DNA of 6,319 nt from a virus. The notes beneath the pieces are model-generated. The model was not told the origin of the DNA and did not search any database. It saw only the letters and a program-made list of their open reading frames with translations. Shown in pieces: positions 3,867-6,319 of the stretch. The number at the start of each line of letters is the position of its first letter. The stretch's first letter is position 1. A program made the translations under genes and the position numbers. The stretch is from positions 1-6,319 of the IMG/VR virus record IMGVR_UViG_3300045988_067702. One strand, written 5' to 3'.

Positions 3867-5357
3867 ATGAATAACGTGACTCCTTGGGTTTCTTGTTTTA
3901 AGCCCGTAAGTATTAGAGATTGTTTTGGTCGTGTTCAGATGGTTGGCTGCGGTTCTTGTCCTGCTTGTCAGGAACTTAAACGTAATAGCTTGAGTAACCG
4001 TCTTGCTCTTGAGGAGCAAAGGTCAGAGTTTTGTTCTTTCGTTACTTTGACTTATGACGAAACTCATTTGCCTATTGTGGATGTTTCTCGTTTATTTTCT
4101 GCTTCTGATGGTGAGGTTGTTAATTTGCAGCAGAATCATGATTTTAACGAAGATTTTTCTACACCTACTGTCGTTAATACTGAAGAGTTACGTAATAGTG
4201 TGATTTTATACAATAAACATCGTTCTTTTTATAAAGCTAATTTTTCGGTTAATAGAAATGTTACTTATGAAAATAATCAAGTTGCGGTGCTTGTAAATAG
4301 GCATTTGCAGTTATTTATTAAAAGATTTAGAAAATATGTCTCAAAAAATTACAATGAAAAGATACGTTACTACGCTATCGGCGAGTATGGTACGCAGTCG
4401 TTGCGTCCGCATTGGCATATCTTATTTTTCTACTCATCGTCTCAGCTTGCCCGAGATTTTGAAAATGTCCTGCAGTTTGGTACAGAGTCCCGACCTATTC
4501 AAACCCCTGTTTTTTTACGTTCGCTCTGGAAGTTCGGTCACATTGATTCTAAACAGACCGACGGAAAAGCCTATTTTTACGTTTCGTCGTATGTTAATAA
4601 GCCTGCTGATTTTCCCTATGTGCTTGAACTCCTTGCTCCTCCACGTTCGTTTCACTCCAATTATCTTGGAGAGGTTTCTTCGAAAGAAGACATTAAAAAA
4701 TCTTTTCAAGAAAGAAACTTTGAACATATCGGACAAGTTAATGTTATCTCTTGGTCTGGTGAGCAGTATACTTACTCCGTTAGGAGGTCGCTTGTCGGTC
4801 GATTGCTACCACGATATAGCTTCTCAGCTTGCGAGGATGACAGAATTATATTTCGAAAACTTACGCTCTTTGCCGACAATTTCGTTAAATCCAGATATGA
4901 GCAATTAGGTTCTGTTCTTAATTTAGCTACTCATATTTTTAATGCTTGGTATTTTAATAAAGATAATGAATATGCTTCACTTGCTTCCTTATGCGCTCCT
5001 CAGTGTCTGGCTTGTTTGCATTCGGATTTAAATATATTATCTCCGTTATGTTCTGTTTTGTACGCTTCTAAACGTTTTGTTTCCGCTGCCGATTCTTTAG
5101 GTTTCGGTTTGCGTGATTATTTTGATATTTACAAGTCTTATTATCGATGGCTTGATTACTCTCGCTTAGTTGATAATTTATCATTGTGTGAATTGGATTC
5201 GCATTTTGCTTCTGCATATTACGATTCTATTATTGACTTTGATACTTTTTCTGCTACATCTATAGATTTTATGAATTGGTCTAAATCTGTTAAAAATCAG
5301 TTCTGTTCACGGATTAAGCATAGACAGATTGCAGACCGTTATAAGTTTAATATTTAA
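3867..5357 (+). CDS. VP4: Rolling-circle replication initiator, HUH endonuclease superfamily (Microviridae VP4 / phiX174 gene A-like), 496 aa.
   Basis: Motif I is FVTLTY (4038..4055). Motif II (HUH) is RPHWHILFF, with H-W-H at 4410..4418. Motif III is the double-Tyr YVSSYVNK (4578..4601), compared with phiX174 A protein YVAKYVNK. There is an N-terminal Cys cluster C-x8-C-x2-C-x2-C (3921..3968). The track starts the ORF at GTG 3861, but ATG 3867 in the tgATTATG context is preferred. Confidence 0.9.
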   Translation: MNNVTPWVSCFKPVSIRDCFGRVQMVGCGSCPACQELKRNSLSNRLALEEQRSEFCSFVTLTYDETHLPIVDVSRLFSASDGEVVNLQQNHDFNEDFSTPTVVNTEELRNSVILYNKHRSFYKANFSVNRNVTYENNQVAVLVNRHLQLFIKRFRKYVSKNYNEKIRYYAIGEYGTQSLRPHWHILFFYSSSQLARDFENVLQFGTESRPIQTPVFLRSLWKFGHIDSKQTDGKAYFYVSSYVNKPADFPYVLELLAPPRSFHSNYLGEVSSKEDIKKSFQERNFEHIGQVNVISWSGEQYTYSVRRSLVGRLLPRYSFSACEDDRIIFRKLTLFADNFVKSRYEQLGSVLNLATHIFNAWYFNKDNEYASLASLCAPQCLACLHSDLNILSPLCSVLYASKRFVSAADSLGFGLRDYFDIYKSYYRWLDYSRLVDNLSLCELDSHFASAYYDSIIDFDTFSATSIDFMNWSKSVKNQFCSRIKHRQIADRYKFNI

Positions 5358-5368
5358 TTATTTTTTTT

Positions 5369-6319
5369 ATGGCAAATCGTTCCGATATTATGGGTTTGCA
5401 TGGTTTGAAAAACAAGCCGTCTCGAAACTCTTTTGACGTTTCAGCCCGCAATTTGTTCACCGCCAAAATCGGTGAACTTCTTCCTTGCGCCGTTTACGAA
5501 ATGAACCCAGGTGATTCAATTCGTATTGATGCAAGTTATTTTACTAGAACTGCACCTTTGCAGACTGCTGCTTTTACTCGCCTTCGTGAGAATGTTCAGT
5601 TCTTTTTTGTTCCTTATTCTCAACTTTGGAAGTATTTCAATACTCAGGTTTTGAATATGACTACTTCGGCCTCTGGGCAAGATGCTTCACGCATTGCTAC
5701 CTCTCCTTTTGCTAACGAAAAGGTTACAACAGGTATGCCTTATGTTGCTTATTCTGCCTTGCACAAATATTTGTACAAGATGGGTCAAGCTGCTAAGTCT
5801 AAATTTACTAAAGGTGATTTTTCTGACAAATTTAAAAATTCTGTTTTTGATAATAACGGTGAATATCGTTGGTCTGCATCCTCTAAGCTTCTTCAGCTTC
5901 TCGGTTACGGTCGTTTTGATTATCAAAATATGTCTTTTGAAGATTTTGCAGATAGTTCTGTGATAGGTATGACTCATCTTCCTAATGTGTCTGTCTTCCG
6001 TCTTCTTGCTTACCATAAGATTTGTAATGACCATTATCAGTTCCGTCAGTGGCAGGGATATGATGCATCTTTATGTAATGTCGATTATGTTACTCCATCT
6101 GGTTCTATGGATTTGTCTACTCAGCTTGAGCAGGTTAACTTCGATTCTGGTAAGAATGCCGACCGTTTGAATTTCTTGGATTTACGCTTCAGCAATCTTC
6201 CTTTGGATTATTTGAATGGTGTTTTGCCTTCTGCTCAATTTGGTTCTGAGTCTGTTGTATCTTTACCATCTAAATCTGTTTCGACAAGATCTGATGGTGA
6301 TGCTTGGCATATTAATGGA
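5369..6319 (+). CDS. VP1: Major capsid protein (Microviridae VP1 / F family), N-terminal part. It continues across the circular junction into 1..991. The full gene is join(5369..6264,1..991), 628 aa.
   Basis: ATG at 5369 is the first start after an in-frame TAA at 5348..5350, 11 nt after the Rep stop. My hand translation found no stop to the window end: MANRSDIMGLHGLKNKPSRNSFDVSARNLFTAKIGELLPCAVYEMNPGDSIRIDASYFTRTAPLQTAAFTRLRENVQFFFVPYSQLW... This block resembles the conserved N-terminal jelly-roll strands of microvirus capsid proteins. The gene is not in the ORF track because it has no stop inside the window. Confidence 0.9.
   Translation, partial: MANRSDIMGLHGLKNKPSRNSFDVSARNLFTAKIGELLPCAVYEMNPGDSIRIDASYFTRTAPLQTAAFTRLRENVQFFFVPYSQLWKYFNTQVLNMTTSASGQDASRIATSPFANEKVTTGMPYVAYSALHKYLYKMGQAAKSKFTKGDFSDKFKNSVFDNNGEYRWSASSKLLQLLGYGRFDYQNMSFEDFADSSVIGMTHLPNVSVFRLLAYHKICNDHYQFRQWQGYDASLCNVDYVTPSGSMDLSTQLEQVNFDSGKNADRLNFLDLRFSNLPLDYLNGVLPSAQFGSESVVSLPSKSVSTRSDGDAWHING
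6265..6319. repeat. Terminal redundancy, copy 2, identical to 1..55 (circular assembly overlap).
   Basis: Exact 55/55 identity with the window start, read by eye. Confidence 0.95.

Overview
The window holds one complete, circularly permuted ssDNA microvirus genome (family Microviridae) plus a 55-nt assembly overlap. Positions 1..55 are identical to 6265..6319, so the unit length is 6264 nt. All credible genes are on the + strand, which is visibly T-rich with NNT-biased codons, as expected for the packaged strand of a microvirus.

Gene order on the circle:
- major capsid protein VP1, join(5369..6264,1..991), 628 aa. This largest gene is cut by the window ends and is absent from the ORF track apart from the fragment 194..991.
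- 150-aa acidic protein (1007..1459)
- hairpin terminator (1468..1492)
- VP2/H-type DNA pilot protein (1511..2530)
- 777-nt noncoding region (2531..3307)
- 83-aa hypothetical protein
- possible 27-aa micro-ORF
- 66-aa predicted lipoprotein
- VP4/A-type HUH rolling-circle Rep (3867..5357)
- back to VP1

The capsid N-terminus (FTAKIGELLP, TAAFTR, FFFVPYSQLW), the roughly 6.3-kb size, the lack of Shine-Dalgarno sequences and TAnnTTTG-type motifs suggest a Bacteroidota-associated, Alpavirinae-like microvirus. That assignment is from memory, not from a search.

The most unusual part is the noncoding region. A very AT-rich stretch (about 19% GC) is followed by three 10-bp tandem repeats. Next comes a GC-rich island (about 54% GC) made almost entirely of seven consecutive hairpins (2726..2935). 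The island is bounded by a split 23-nt direct repeat and followed by palindromes and a dif-like 28-mer. No integrase, recognised lysis gene or basic J-like protein is visible. Most other track ORFs are +1-frame or antisense by-products of the codon bias.
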